Of a stretch of 64,000 bases of DNA, positions 49,720 to 58,220 are shown piece by piece. Position 1 is the first letter of the stretch; each line of letters starts with the position of its first letter. This stretch comes from an uncultured Candidatus Saccharibacteria bacterium (GTDB lineage Bacteria > Patescibacteriota > Minisyncoccia > Phycocordibacterales > UBA5272): NCBI GenBank assembly GCA_964369115.1, contig CAYJED010000003.1, positions 28,458 to 92,457 on the forward strand. The letters are read 5' to 3'. The notes beneath the pieces were generated by a model that did no database searches, was not told the DNA's origin, and saw only the letters and a program-made list of their open reading frames with translations. A program made the position numbers and the translations under genes.

Positions 49720-50678
49720 TGTTTATACGTTATTTCTTTTTCTTCTGTTTTTTTATTCAAGCAACAGCAGTATCTGCTGAAGACTTGGCAAGCATTCGTC
49801 TCAACCCAGAAAACCCCGCACCTTACAGTAGTGTGGAAGTAAAACTTGAGAGCTTTTATTTTGATGTCAATGTTGCTCGTATTACATGGGAGGTAAATGG
49901 TCGTGTCATCTTAACTGGTGTAGGGGAAAAGAAAATCTCTATAATAACTGGTGCAATAGGTCAGCCAACAACCGTTAAAGTTACAGCGGAAGCAAGTGAC
50001 GGATCAAAGGTAGAACAGGTTATACCAATACGTCCGTCTTCAATAACCCTTTTGTACGAAGCACCAAAAAGTTACATTCCTCTTCTTTATAAAGGAAGAT
50101 CTCTTCCTGCTGACGGGGCAGAGGTTAAAGTAACAGCATTTCCTCAAATAAGTGAAAAAGGTGCCCCTGTGTCACCTTCAAATGTTTCTTACAGTTGGTA
50201 TATTAATGATGAATTTTATGAAGATATTTCTGGGTATGGTAAACAATCTGCTTCAATAAAAATGGATTACCTGAGTCCTTATACTGAAGTAAGAGTTCTT
50301 GCAAGAACAACATCAGGAACTGTTGCAGAAAAATCAATTGATATTTATCATCATGCAGTCACACCTCTTGTTTACCTTTATGACCCAGTGCTTGGCACAC
50401 GATTTTCCAAGCTTTTAGAGCGTCGTTTTGAAACAACGGAAGACTTCACTCTCATGCTTGAACCTTTATATGTGACACACAAAGAATCAAAAGCACCAAC
50501 CTACACATGGACATTAAATGGTTCACCTTCTACTCCACTCGATGGAAGATCTCTCTCATTCCAACCAAAAAAGAACTCCTACGGATCACAGCGTCTACAA
50601 ATTTCAGTGATTGGACCAAATGCTTATCTTGAAGAAGGGGAGGTTGCTCTTGATCTTGTTTTTGATACAAGAAGGTAA
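49716..50678 (+). CDS. secreted beta-rich protein, hypothetical (T4SS cluster)
   Basis: Signal peptide MMFIRYFFFFCFFIQATAVSA; 320 aa. Confidence 0.5.
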   Translation: MMFIRYFFFFCFFIQATAVSAEDLASIRLNPENPAPYSSVEVKLESFYFDVNVARITWEVNGRVILTGVGEKKISIITGAIGQPTTVKVTAEASDGSKVEQVIPIRPSSITLLYEAPKSYIPLLYKGRSLPADGAEVKVTAFPQISEKGAPVSPSNVSYSWYINDEFYEDISGYGKQSASIKMDYLSPYTEVRVLARTTSGTVAEKSIDIYHHAVTPLVYLYDPVLGTRFSKLLERRFETTEDFTLMLEPLYVTHKESKAPTYTWTLNGSPSTPLDGRSLSFQPKKNSYGSQRLQISVIGPNAYLEEGEVALDLVFDTRR

Positions 50679-50706
50679 ATCAGCTGTTATACTTATATGA
50701 TTAAGT

Positions 50707-51519
50707 ATGGCAACACCTTATACACCTCTCGAACCCTCCTCAATAACAGCTCTTTCTAGTGTAGGAGCTTCAACAAATGTAAGTGACGCTTCTTTTGCAG
50801 GGATAACTACGTTTGTTTACTCACTCTTTTTTATAGGAATAATTGGTGCAGCTTTTTATAGATACACTCTTGCTGGAATGTTTAGAATGGAAGCTTCTGA
50901 ATCAGGTATTCGTAAGTCTAATGAAATATTTAAAAGGGTTACTCTTGGATTACTTGGAGTATTTTCTCTTTTTATTCTTTTGTTTACTGTTAACAAAGGA
51001 TTAGTTACAGGAGATGTTCCTCTTGGAAATTTAAAATCAGGTGGACAAACTTCAGGTGGACAAGTTGTACAGCCTCCTTCTCCTGCTGTAGGGGCTCCGG
51101 GGACGGGGGACGGGAGAGCAGAAGCAATACAGCAAGATGCGGCCGTTCGCCAGCAATTAACATCTCAAGGAATAACCGTAAATAAACCAGTCTGCCCAAA
51201 TCCATCTGCCACAGATTGCACCACAATTGGAGGTGTTCACCCTGATACGATTTCAATGCTTCTTCGGTTACGTACAACATGTAATACGCCTTACACGGTA
51301 ACAGGAGGTACAGAAAAAGGTCATGTTGAGAACGGAACACATGGACCGGGACGACCAGCTGTTGACCTTAGTTTTGGAAATCAAACCCTTAATACATGTA
51401 TTACTACTTCAGAAAAAGCCACACCTAACCCAATCCCTGGATATTGTGTTAATGCTTATAAAAAGCTTGGTTATATTTTTTGCCAAACATCAAAACCACA
51501 TTGGCACGTATATAAGTAA
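50707..51519 (+). CDS. two-TM pilin-like N-terminal module fused to M15-family zinc peptidase (cell-wall hydrolase) domain
   Basis: N-terminal 127 aa identical to paralog 52893..53882; C-terminus has ENGTHGPGRPAVDL (SxHxxGxAxD-like) and HWH, consistent with the VanY/M15 fold. Confidence 0.55.
   Translation: MATPYTPLEPSSITALSSVGASTNVSDASFAGITTFVYSLFFIGIIGAAFYRYTLAGMFRMEASESGIRKSNEIFKRVTLGLLGVFSLFILLFTVNKGLVTGDVPLGNLKSGGQTSGGQVVQPPSPAVGAPGTGDGRAEAIQQDAAVRQQLTSQGITVNKPVCPNPSATDCTTIGGVHPDTISMLLRLRTTCNTPYTVTGGTEKGHVENGTHGPGRPAVDLSFGNQTLNTCITTSEKATPNPIPGYCVNAYKKLGYIFCQTSKPHWHVYK
50727..51108 (+). repeat. 382-bp direct repeat, copy 1 (identical to 52907..53288)
   Basis: Identical by eye across the whole length; encodes the shared N-terminal module. 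Confidence 0.85.
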
Positions 51520-51563
51520 GACGTTCACAGGAACTTATTTTACTAAGCTGATATACTTCTTTT

Positions 51564-52889
51564 ATGGAAAGCTCTGGAAATAAAAGACTCCTTATTGCTG
51601 TTGGTCTCGTCCTCCTTTTGGTTATTGTTGCGCTTGTTTGGTATTTCGTTTATGCAAAACCACTTGTTGCCCCATCACTTGGAGGAACAAATGACCCTAT
51701 TGCAGAAAGACAATTTCGTCCACGTTTTCAATTCCTTAATTGGGGAGAAAATGCTCAGTCTCGCGAAATAAGTAACGAAACAAAAGATCCACGAAAAGAA
51801 GTTCTCACCCAGATTTGGGACAAGCCAGCTTCTGGTCATAGATTTTTTAATGCTTCTATTTTGAAAGAAGTCACAGCAACTACAACCCAAGGGACATCCA
51901 CCACTGTTATTGAGGTAAAAAGAACTGTACGCGCAACCTCTACTATTCTTCTTTTTATCGACAAAACAACCGGATACATTTACCGTTATTCATTTGAAAC
52001 AGGAAAAACTTCACAAATATCAAACACCCTTATCCCGGGGGTTTCTGATGCTTACTTTTTTAATAATGGAGAAAGGGTTATTATTCGTTACCCAGAAAAA
52101 GAAAAAAATACTGTTTCAGGTATTATTGCAACATTACCTAATGTTACAGAAAACGGGGAAGCTCTTCCTCTTATAGATGCTCAATATCTTACCCAAGAAG
52201 TAATGTCTGTTGCTGTAAACAAAAAAGGAGATTTGGCTGCTTATGTTGTTGCAACAACTAACGGAAGTTCTCTTTATCTTATTTCAGGTAAAACAGTACC
52301 TCGACTTGTTACATCGTCTCCATTTAGGGAATTTACTGTTTCATTTGGTGGTAATTCTCTTTATCTCACATCAAAACCATCTGCTTATGTGGAAGGGTCT
52401 ACATTTTTAATACGACCATCAGGAAATACTCAAGGTGGAGTATTTGAAGTTGTAACGGATGGAAAAACGGGACTTATAACAAACCCTGGCGAAATTGCTC
52501 ACCTCAATAGTATGTGGGGTAAAAATGGCCTTGTTACCTTTTTATCAAACAATGGACAAACTAAAACTCTTTCCATTCAAACAATTGCATCTAAGTGTGT
52601 TTGGGGTACAAATAATTTTCTTGTTTGTGCTGTTCCTCGTCTTATTTTAAGAGGTAAAGAAGGTCTTCCGGACGACTGGTTCCAAGGAAGAACAACTTTT
52701 GAGGACGATCTGGTTACGGTTGATCCACTTTCTGGTGAACATTTTTCTCTGTATTCATTTAAAAATGAGGATGATATTTTTGATATTGAATCTCTTTCAA
52801 TTGATGATGAAAATGGTGTAGTTAGTTTTGTAGAAAAAGAAGAAGAAACGTTATGGCTTCTTAATACAAATAACTTTCAGCAAGAATAG
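51564..52889 (+). CDS. membrane-anchored beta-rich protein, hypothetical
   Basis: N-terminal TM (LLIAVGLVLLLVIVALVWYFVYA); 441 aa. Confidence 0.5.
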   Translation: MESSGNKRLLIAVGLVLLLVIVALVWYFVYAKPLVAPSLGGTNDPIAERQFRPRFQFLNWGENAQSREISNETKDPRKEVLTQIWDKPASGHRFFNASILKEVTATTTQGTSTTVIEVKRTVRATSTILLFIDKTTGYIYRYSFETGKTSQISNTLIPGVSDAYFFNNGERVIIRYPEKEKNTVSGIIATLPNVTENGEALPLIDAQYLTQEVMSVAVNKKGDLAAYVVATTNGSSLYLISGKTVPRLVTSSPFREFTVSFGGNSLYLTSKPSAYVEGSTFLIRPSGNTQGGVFEVVTDGKTGLITNPGEIAHLNSMWGKNGLVTFLSNNGQTKTLSIQTIASKCVWGTNNFLVCAVPRLILRGKEGLPDDWFQGRTTFEDDLVTVDPLSGEHFSLYSFKNEDDIFDIESLSIDDENGVVSFVEKEEETLWLLNTNNFQQE

Positions 52890-52892
52890 TGT

Positions 52893-53882
52893 ATGGAGTA
52901 CAAAGCTCTCGAACCCTCCTCAATAACAGCTCTTTCTAGTGTAGGAGCTTCAACAAATGTAAGTGACGCTTCTTTTGCAGGGATAACTACGTTTGTTTAC
53001 TCACTCTTTTTTATAGGAATAATTGGTGCAGCTTTTTATAGATACACTCTTGCTGGAATGTTTAGAATGGAAGCTTCTGAATCAGGTATTCGTAAGTCTA
53101 ATGAAATATTTAAAAGGGTTACTCTTGGATTACTTGGAGTATTTTCTCTTTTTATTCTTTTGTTTACTGTTAACAAAGGATTAGTTACAGGAGATGTTCC
53201 TCTTGGAAATTTAAAATCAGGTGGACAAACTTCAGGTGGACAAGTTGTACAGCCTCCTTCTCCTGCTGTAGGGGCTCCGGGGACGGGGAGTGGTTCAAGC
53301 GGAGGTTCTGCATCTTGTGTAACTGTTGCATCAGTAAACCAAAATCTTCAGTCCGGTAATATTTGTAGACAAGCTTCTTGTACCGTACTTAGTGGATGTA
53401 ATTACAGACAATATGAAGATGTTATTAAGAAAGAAACTGGTAATGATGCTAAGCTTACAAAAATGATTATTGTCACCATGTGTAAAGAATCTCGAGCACA
53501 AGTAAATGAGGAAAATAGAAATCCAAACGGAACTTATGATTGCGGTTTGATGCAAATCAACCAAACAACTCCGTGCACAGCCCAGATTCTTGATGTAACA
53601 CAAAATATTAAACAAGGAGTAGCTCTTATGAAAGAAAAAATAAGGTACGCTAGTCGTGTTTATTCAAACATCCCTTCAGAAGCAAATGTGTTTGCGTCTT
53701 ATAACTGTTGTGCAAATGGAGATAATCCAGCAAGTGAAAGTAGGGACTGCAACACTTCCTCAGGATTTTCTCAAAGTATCCCTAAGTGGGCATGTCCAAT
53801 AAACCCTGGGTCAGGACAATTTAACATGTGTGCAGTAAGTAATTATGCATGTGAATTAACAGCCTGTTTAAACCAATTATAA
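52893..53882 (+). CDS. two-TM pilin-like N-terminal module fused to SLT-family lytic transglycosylase domain (VirB1-like)
   Basis: MCKESRAQV...NPNGTYDCGLMQIN matches the ES-GLMQ motif of family 1 lytic transglycosylases; Cys-rich C-terminus; 329 aa. Confidence 0.7.
   Translation: MEYKALEPSSITALSSVGASTNVSDASFAGITTFVYSLFFIGIIGAAFYRYTLAGMFRMEASESGIRKSNEIFKRVTLGLLGVFSLFILLFTVNKGLVTGDVPLGNLKSGGQTSGGQVVQPPSPAVGAPGTGSGSSGGSASCVTVASVNQNLQSGNICRQASCTVLSGCNYRQYEDVIKKETGNDAKLTKMIIVTMCKESRAQVNEENRNPNGTYDCGLMQINQTTPCTAQILDVTQNIKQGVALMKEKIRYASRVYSNIPSEANVFASYNCCANGDNPASESRDCNTSSGFSQSIPKWACPINPGSGQFNMCAVSNYACELTACLNQL
52907..53288 (+). repeat. 382-bp direct repeat, copy 2
   Basis: See copy 1. Confidence 0.85.
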
Positions 53883-53909
53883 ATCCCGCACGAAGCGAGA
53901 TTTATAATT

Positions 53910-54623
53910 TTACTTAAGATGAGCAAGTTTTTGCTTCATATACACATCAAGACCATAACTAATCACATTACTTACAAACCAGTAGAGGGCGAGGGCTGCT
54001 GGAAGTATTGCTGCTGAAAATGTAATAATAACAGGAAGAACATAGATAAGCTGTATCTTCATAGACTTCATGAAGTGATCTTGGAAAGATTCTTCACGTG
54101 ACTCTTTCTTTGTTACCATGGTTTCAGTTTGCTTTTTAGCTAACATGTATGAAGAAAACCCAGCAAGAATTGCTACAAAAATATTTTTTTCTGTTACATC
54201 AAAAAGACCAAAAGCTACTGTATGGAGAGTGTCTGGAAATGTAACAAATGAATAAAGATTATCTGGATCATTAAAAAGCCCTTTTGCAAAAACGAAGTAC
54301 AAAGCAAAAAAGATAGGGATTTGGATAAGCATTGCAAAAATACTTGAGAATGGGTTAATTTTTTCATCTCTATAAAGAGATACCATTCTTTTTGAAGCTT
54401 CTTGAGGGTCTTTTTTCTGAAGTTCTTTAATTTTCTGCATTTCTGGCTCAAGTTTTTTCATCATATACTGAGTACGTAGAGCAGAAAGGTTAAGTGGAAC
54501 AAGAAGTCCTTTTATAATGAGCGTTACAATAACAATAGCAGCACCTATATCGTGGAGAGGAACAAAGGTGAGAACAACTGCAATAAGGTTATATACTGGT
54601 TCGTAAAAAAATGTATTAAACAT
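53910..54623 (-). CDS. yidC: membrane protein insertase YidC (short form)
   Basis: Five-TM YidC/Oxa1 core; located in the conserved rpmH-rnpA-yidC block; 237 aa. Confidence 0.85.
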   Translation of the reverse strand: MFNTFFYEPVYNLIAVVLTFVPLHDIGAAIVIVTLIIKGLLVPLNLSALRTQYMMKKLEPEMQKIKELQKKDPQEASKRMVSLYRDEKINPFSSIFAMLIQIPIFFALYFVFAKGLFNDPDNLYSFVTFPDTLHTVAFGLFDVTEKNIFVAILAGFSSYMLAKKQTETMVTKKESREESFQDHFMKSMKIQLIYVLPVIITFSAAILPAALALYWFVSNVISYGLDVYMKQKLAHLK

Positions 54624-54641
54624 AAATAATAGTAAGTGAGG

Positions 54642-54959
54642 TTATTGTAACTTTTCTAGAGCTTCTTTAATTTTTTCCTGAAGAGTAAAGTATGACGTAG
54701 TGTAACTTTCTTTTTTCGGGTAAAAAATAATTGAATACTGCTTAGTATACTCTAAAGATTTTAAACAATTAAAAAATTGTCTTTTTACTTTATTTCTTTT
54801 TACAGATTCTTTTAATGTTTTTTTTGATATAACACAAGCAAATTTTGTTGCGTTTGGTATTTGTATATATGCAACATCAAATAACTCGCCACGGAAAAAA
54901 AATTTCGGGCGAGCTATAGAAAAATCTTCTTTTGTAAAACGCTTCGATTTTTGAAGCAT
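54642..54959 (-). CDS. rnpA: ribonuclease P protein component
   Basis: Basic 105-aa protein between rpmH and yidC; the conserved synteny is the main evidence. Confidence 0.6.
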   Translation of the reverse strand: MLQKSKRFTKEDFSIARPKFFFRGELFDVAYIQIPNATKFACVISKKTLKESVKRNKVKRQFFNCLKSLEYTKQYSIIFYPKKESYTTSYFTLQEKIKEALEKLQ

Positions 54960-54980
54960 AAATATGGTAAAGAAAGGGGA

Positions 54981-55115
54981 TTATACAGAAAGTTTCTTTC
55001 GTCCCATACTTCGACGACGAGCAATCACCTTCTTTCCTCCTTTTGTAGACATACGAACAAGGAATCCGTGTGTTGTACCTCGCTTCTTTCTTTTTGGATT
55101 ATATGTTACTGACAT
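54981..55115 (-). CDS. rpmH: 50S ribosomal protein L34
   Basis: Manual translation of minus strand: [44 protein letters not shown] (44 aa); below the 60-aa cutoff of the ORF track. Confidence 0.8.
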   Translation of the reverse strand: MSVTYNPKRKKRGTTHGFLVRMSTKGGKKVIARRRSMGRKKLSV

Positions 55116-55249
55116 TTTACGATTCTACAACAGAATTCATTAAAAATCAAGATGTCTTTCTTTGTCTTATATAAAGTAAACTAAGGTAAGAAATCTATCT
55201 TTTCGTCAAGTTGTAATAGTTATATGTGCGTGTATACTTATACACATCT

Positions 55250-56587
55250 ATGGACTATCAACAACTTTGGAACAGTGCACTATCCCAAATTGAGATAGAA
55301 CTTTCTCGGGTTAATTTTAATACTTGGTTTAAAAATACACGCATTATCGATTACAAAGACGGCGAAGTAACTATTGGTGTTCCTAATGAATTCGTAAAAG
55401 ATTGGCTTAACCAAAAGTATCATAAATTTATTTTACGTATTCTTCGCACTATTCATGAGGGAGTACGTTCCGTTGTTTTTAATGTAGTTAAACCAGAAAC
55501 ACTTCAAAAGAAAGCTCAACATATCACCATTACCGGTCAAACCCTTCCTCTTCAAGATCTTTACATTAATAAAGATGATGGACTCAACCCTAGGTACACT
55601 TTTGAAAACTTCATTGTAGGGTCTTTTAATGAAGTTGCTTACGCTTGTACTCAAGCTGTTATTAACGGTCTTGGTATTGTTTATAACCCTCTCTTTATTT
55701 ATGGAAATACAGGTCTTGGAAAAACACACCTTCTTCAAGCAGTAGGGAATACTATTAAAAAGAAATATCCTGAAAGAAAAATCTTTTATACTTCTCTTGA
55801 GAAGTACTATATGGATTACGTTAACGCTACTAATCTTAATAAGATTAACAGTTTTAAAGAAAAGTATCGTAAGTTTGATGTTTTTATTATGGACGACATT
55901 CAGTTTATTAATGGAAAAGAACGTACTCAAGATGAACTCTTCCATCTTTTTAACTCTCTCTATGAGATGAATAAACAAATCATCTTTTCTTCAGATAAAC
56001 ACCCTAATCTTATTGCAGGATTAGAAGACAGACTACGTTCTCGTTTTAACCATGGAATGATTGTTGATGTTAATGTTCCTCAAGTAGAGTCTCGTCTTGC
56101 TATTTTGCAAATAAAAACAAAAGAATACAGAGATAAAATCCCTCAAGAGGTACTTCAATACATAGCAGAAACAATTCAAGGAAATATCCGAGAACTAGAA
56201 GGTGTTATGACTTCTATTTTAGGTCACATTCAAGTTAAACAACAAGCTGTAACTCTTCCTGATGTTAAAAATCTTCTTAAAAATAGTGTTAGAGCTAAAA
56301 AAACTATCTCTATTCCAGAAATAGTAAAACTTATTTCTGATTATTATCATATTCCTGATGTTTATATCTACAACAAGACCCGTCGTAAAGATGTTGTAAA
56401 ACCTCGTCAAATTGTTATGTATATCCTTCGAGAAGATTTTGATATTTCTTACCCAATGATAGGGGACAGACTAGGGGGAAGAGACCATACTACAGTTATT
56501 CACTCTTATGAAAAAATTAAAGGTCTCCTAAAAGATAACCCTCAATTAAGTAGAGAAATAGAAGATATTAGAGCAATGCTTGTATAA
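55250..56587 (+). CDS. dnaA: chromosomal replication initiator protein DnaA
   Basis: AAA+ Walker A GNTGLGKTHL, Walker B IMDDIQF, sensor and box VIII, C-terminal DNA-binding HTH (GGRDHTTVIHSYEKI); start at MDYQQLW. Confidence 0.9.
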   Translation: MDYQQLWNSALSQIEIELSRVNFNTWFKNTRIIDYKDGEVTIGVPNEFVKDWLNQKYHKFILRILRTIHEGVRSVVFNVVKPETLQKKAQHITITGQTLPLQDLYINKDDGLNPRYTFENFIVGSFNEVAYACTQAVINGLGIVYNPLFIYGNTGLGKTHLLQAVGNTIKKKYPERKIFYTSLEKYYMDYVNATNLNKINSFKEKYRKFDVFIMDDIQFINGKERTQDELFHLFNSLYEMNKQIIFSSDKHPNLIAGLEDRLRSRFNHGMIVDVNVPQVESRLAILQIKTKEYRDKIPQEVLQYIAETIQGNIRELEGVMTSILGHIQVKQQAVTLPDVKNLLKNSVRAKKTISIPEIVKLISDYYHIPDVYIYNKTRRKDVVKPRQIVMYILREDFDISYPMIGDRLGGRDHTTVIHSYEKIKGLLKDNPQLSREIEDIRAMLV

Positions 56588-56865
56588 AAAAATAATAAAA
56601 ACTACACAATATTTGTGTAGTTTTTATTATTTAAGACCAGCTGTTTATAAGTATGTTGATAACATAATAATAACATTATAATAAATGTTGAGTTATTAAA
56701 TATACTTTTATAAAAACAGTAAGTAGTGCACAATTAAACTTTTTTCTTTCGCTATCTTTAAGTACTTTTAATTTCTAAAAACAGATATAAAATAAGACTT
56801 TTTTAACATCTCCACACCATCCACATAGCTATACTTAATATTATATTTTATATATACTAATAACT
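56588..56865. promoter_or_regulatory. candidate oriC (dnaA-dnaN intergenic, AT-rich with DnaA-box-like 9-mers)
   Basis: 278-bp AT-rich spacer; near-consensus TTATNCACA-like elements (ccatccaca, ttataaaca, tgttgataa), plus ttatacaca at 55239-55247 just upstream of dnaA. Confidence 0.5.
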
Positions 56866-57957
56866 ATGAAATTCGAATGCAAAGGAGATGTTTTTATAAA
56901 AGCAGTACAACAAGTAGCCCGTGCACGCAGTAAAGTGCAGACACATTCATCTCTGCAAGATATTCACTTAGAAGTAAATAATCATCTACTTACTCTCCGT
57001 GCAACAAACCTAGAACTCTTTTGTGAAAAAAGTGTACCAGTAAAAGGTATTGCAAATGGAGCTTGTCTTCTTCAAGGTGAAACTCTTCTTCGTATTTTAT
57101 CTACCTTTAGTTCTAAAGATATAACACTTACATCTGAGATTGTTGATGGAGTCTTTTCTATTACAACTGAAAAAGGTGTAATAGAAATTAAAACGACTCC
57201 ATATGAAGACTTTCCGACACTTCCTCCTCAAGGTGATCAGCTGGGAACTCTTTCAAAAGAAAATATAAGTACTCTCTTAAAAGAAGTTTCTTTTTGTTCA
57301 GCTCAAACAGATATTAAACCAGAGATTTCTTCTGTGTACGTATATACAAAAGATAATGCTATTTACTCTGTAGCAACAGACTCTTATCGTCTTGCAGAAA
57401 AAACAATCACTAACGATAAAGAACTGGATTTCTCTTTTCTTATTCCAGAAAAACATATTGGAGATATTCTTCAAATCCTTAATGATGAAAATGGTGAAAT
57501 TCTCCTTTCTAAGAGTCAGAATATTATCTCTTTTACAGGGGAAACAGTAACTCTTTCTGTTCATACTATTACTGGTAATTTTCCAGACTATAAGCAACTT
57601 TTTCCTAAAGAATTTACTACGACGGTAACGCTTTCAAAAGAAGAGTTACAAAAAGCTCTCCTTCTTACAACTTTCTTTAATGATCAGTACTCTCAAGTAG
57701 AATGTATATTCTCTAATAATGTATGTACTCTTCATAGTAAAAGTGAAAAAGTAGGACAAGTAACACATACGATAAAAACTTCTCAAGAAGGGGAAGATAT
57801 TGAAGTAAAATATAACAATAAGTTTTTCCTTGAAGTTCTTCCTTTTATAGAAGGGGATACACTTGTGTGTACTTTTACTACACCAAACAGACCTGTATTT
57901 ATTCAAAGTAAACAAGATATTACGTTTACCTATCTTCTAATGCCTCTTAACAGATAG
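56866..57957 (+). CDS. dnaN: DNA polymerase III beta subunit (sliding clamp)
   Basis: Three-domain beta-clamp pattern, 363 aa, immediately downstream of dnaA. Confidence 0.9.
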   Translation: MKFECKGDVFIKAVQQVARARSKVQTHSSLQDIHLEVNNHLLTLRATNLELFCEKSVPVKGIANGACLLQGETLLRILSTFSSKDITLTSEIVDGVFSITTEKGVIEIKTTPYEDFPTLPPQGDQLGTLSKENISTLLKEVSFCSAQTDIKPEISSVYVYTKDNAIYSVATDSYRLAEKTITNDKELDFSFLIPEKHIGDILQILNDENGEILLSKSQNIISFTGETVTLSVHTITGNFPDYKQLFPKEFTTTVTLSKEELQKALLLTTFFNDQYSQVECIFSNNVCTLHSKSEKVGQVTHTIKTSQEGEDIEVKYNNKFFLEVLPFIEGDTLVCTFTTPNRPVFIQSKQDITFTYLLMPLNR

Positions 57958-57959
57958 TT

Positions 57960-58184
57960 ATGGACAATAATCTTTTCTTAAAATATACAAAAGCTATAAC
58001 AAAAAGAGAAGATGATAAAAGTATAATTATCGCTCTTATAAAAGAATCTTCAGGAATTATTTTAGAAAAAGAAGATTTTATTTTAGAAGGTAAAAAAATT
58101 ACTTTCACTACAACTTCTACAAAGAAAATGTTTTTAAAAAAAATATTTAAACAATTAGAAGAAAAAGGGTATATGTGTAAATAA
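57960..58184 (+). CDS. small hypothetical protein
   Basis: 74-aa ORF abutting dnaN, K/I-rich; weak support. Confidence 0.3.
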   Translation: MDNNLFLKYTKAITKREDDKSIIIALIKESSGIILEKEDFILEGKKITFTTTSTKKMFLKKIFKQLEEKGYMCK

Positions 58185-58220
58185 AAACTTCCACAAGATT
58201 ATTGTGGAAGTTTTTATTTT
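58183..58220. terminator. bidirectional hairpin terminator
   Basis: aaaaacttccacaa-gattatt-gtggaagttttt. Confidence 0.6.
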
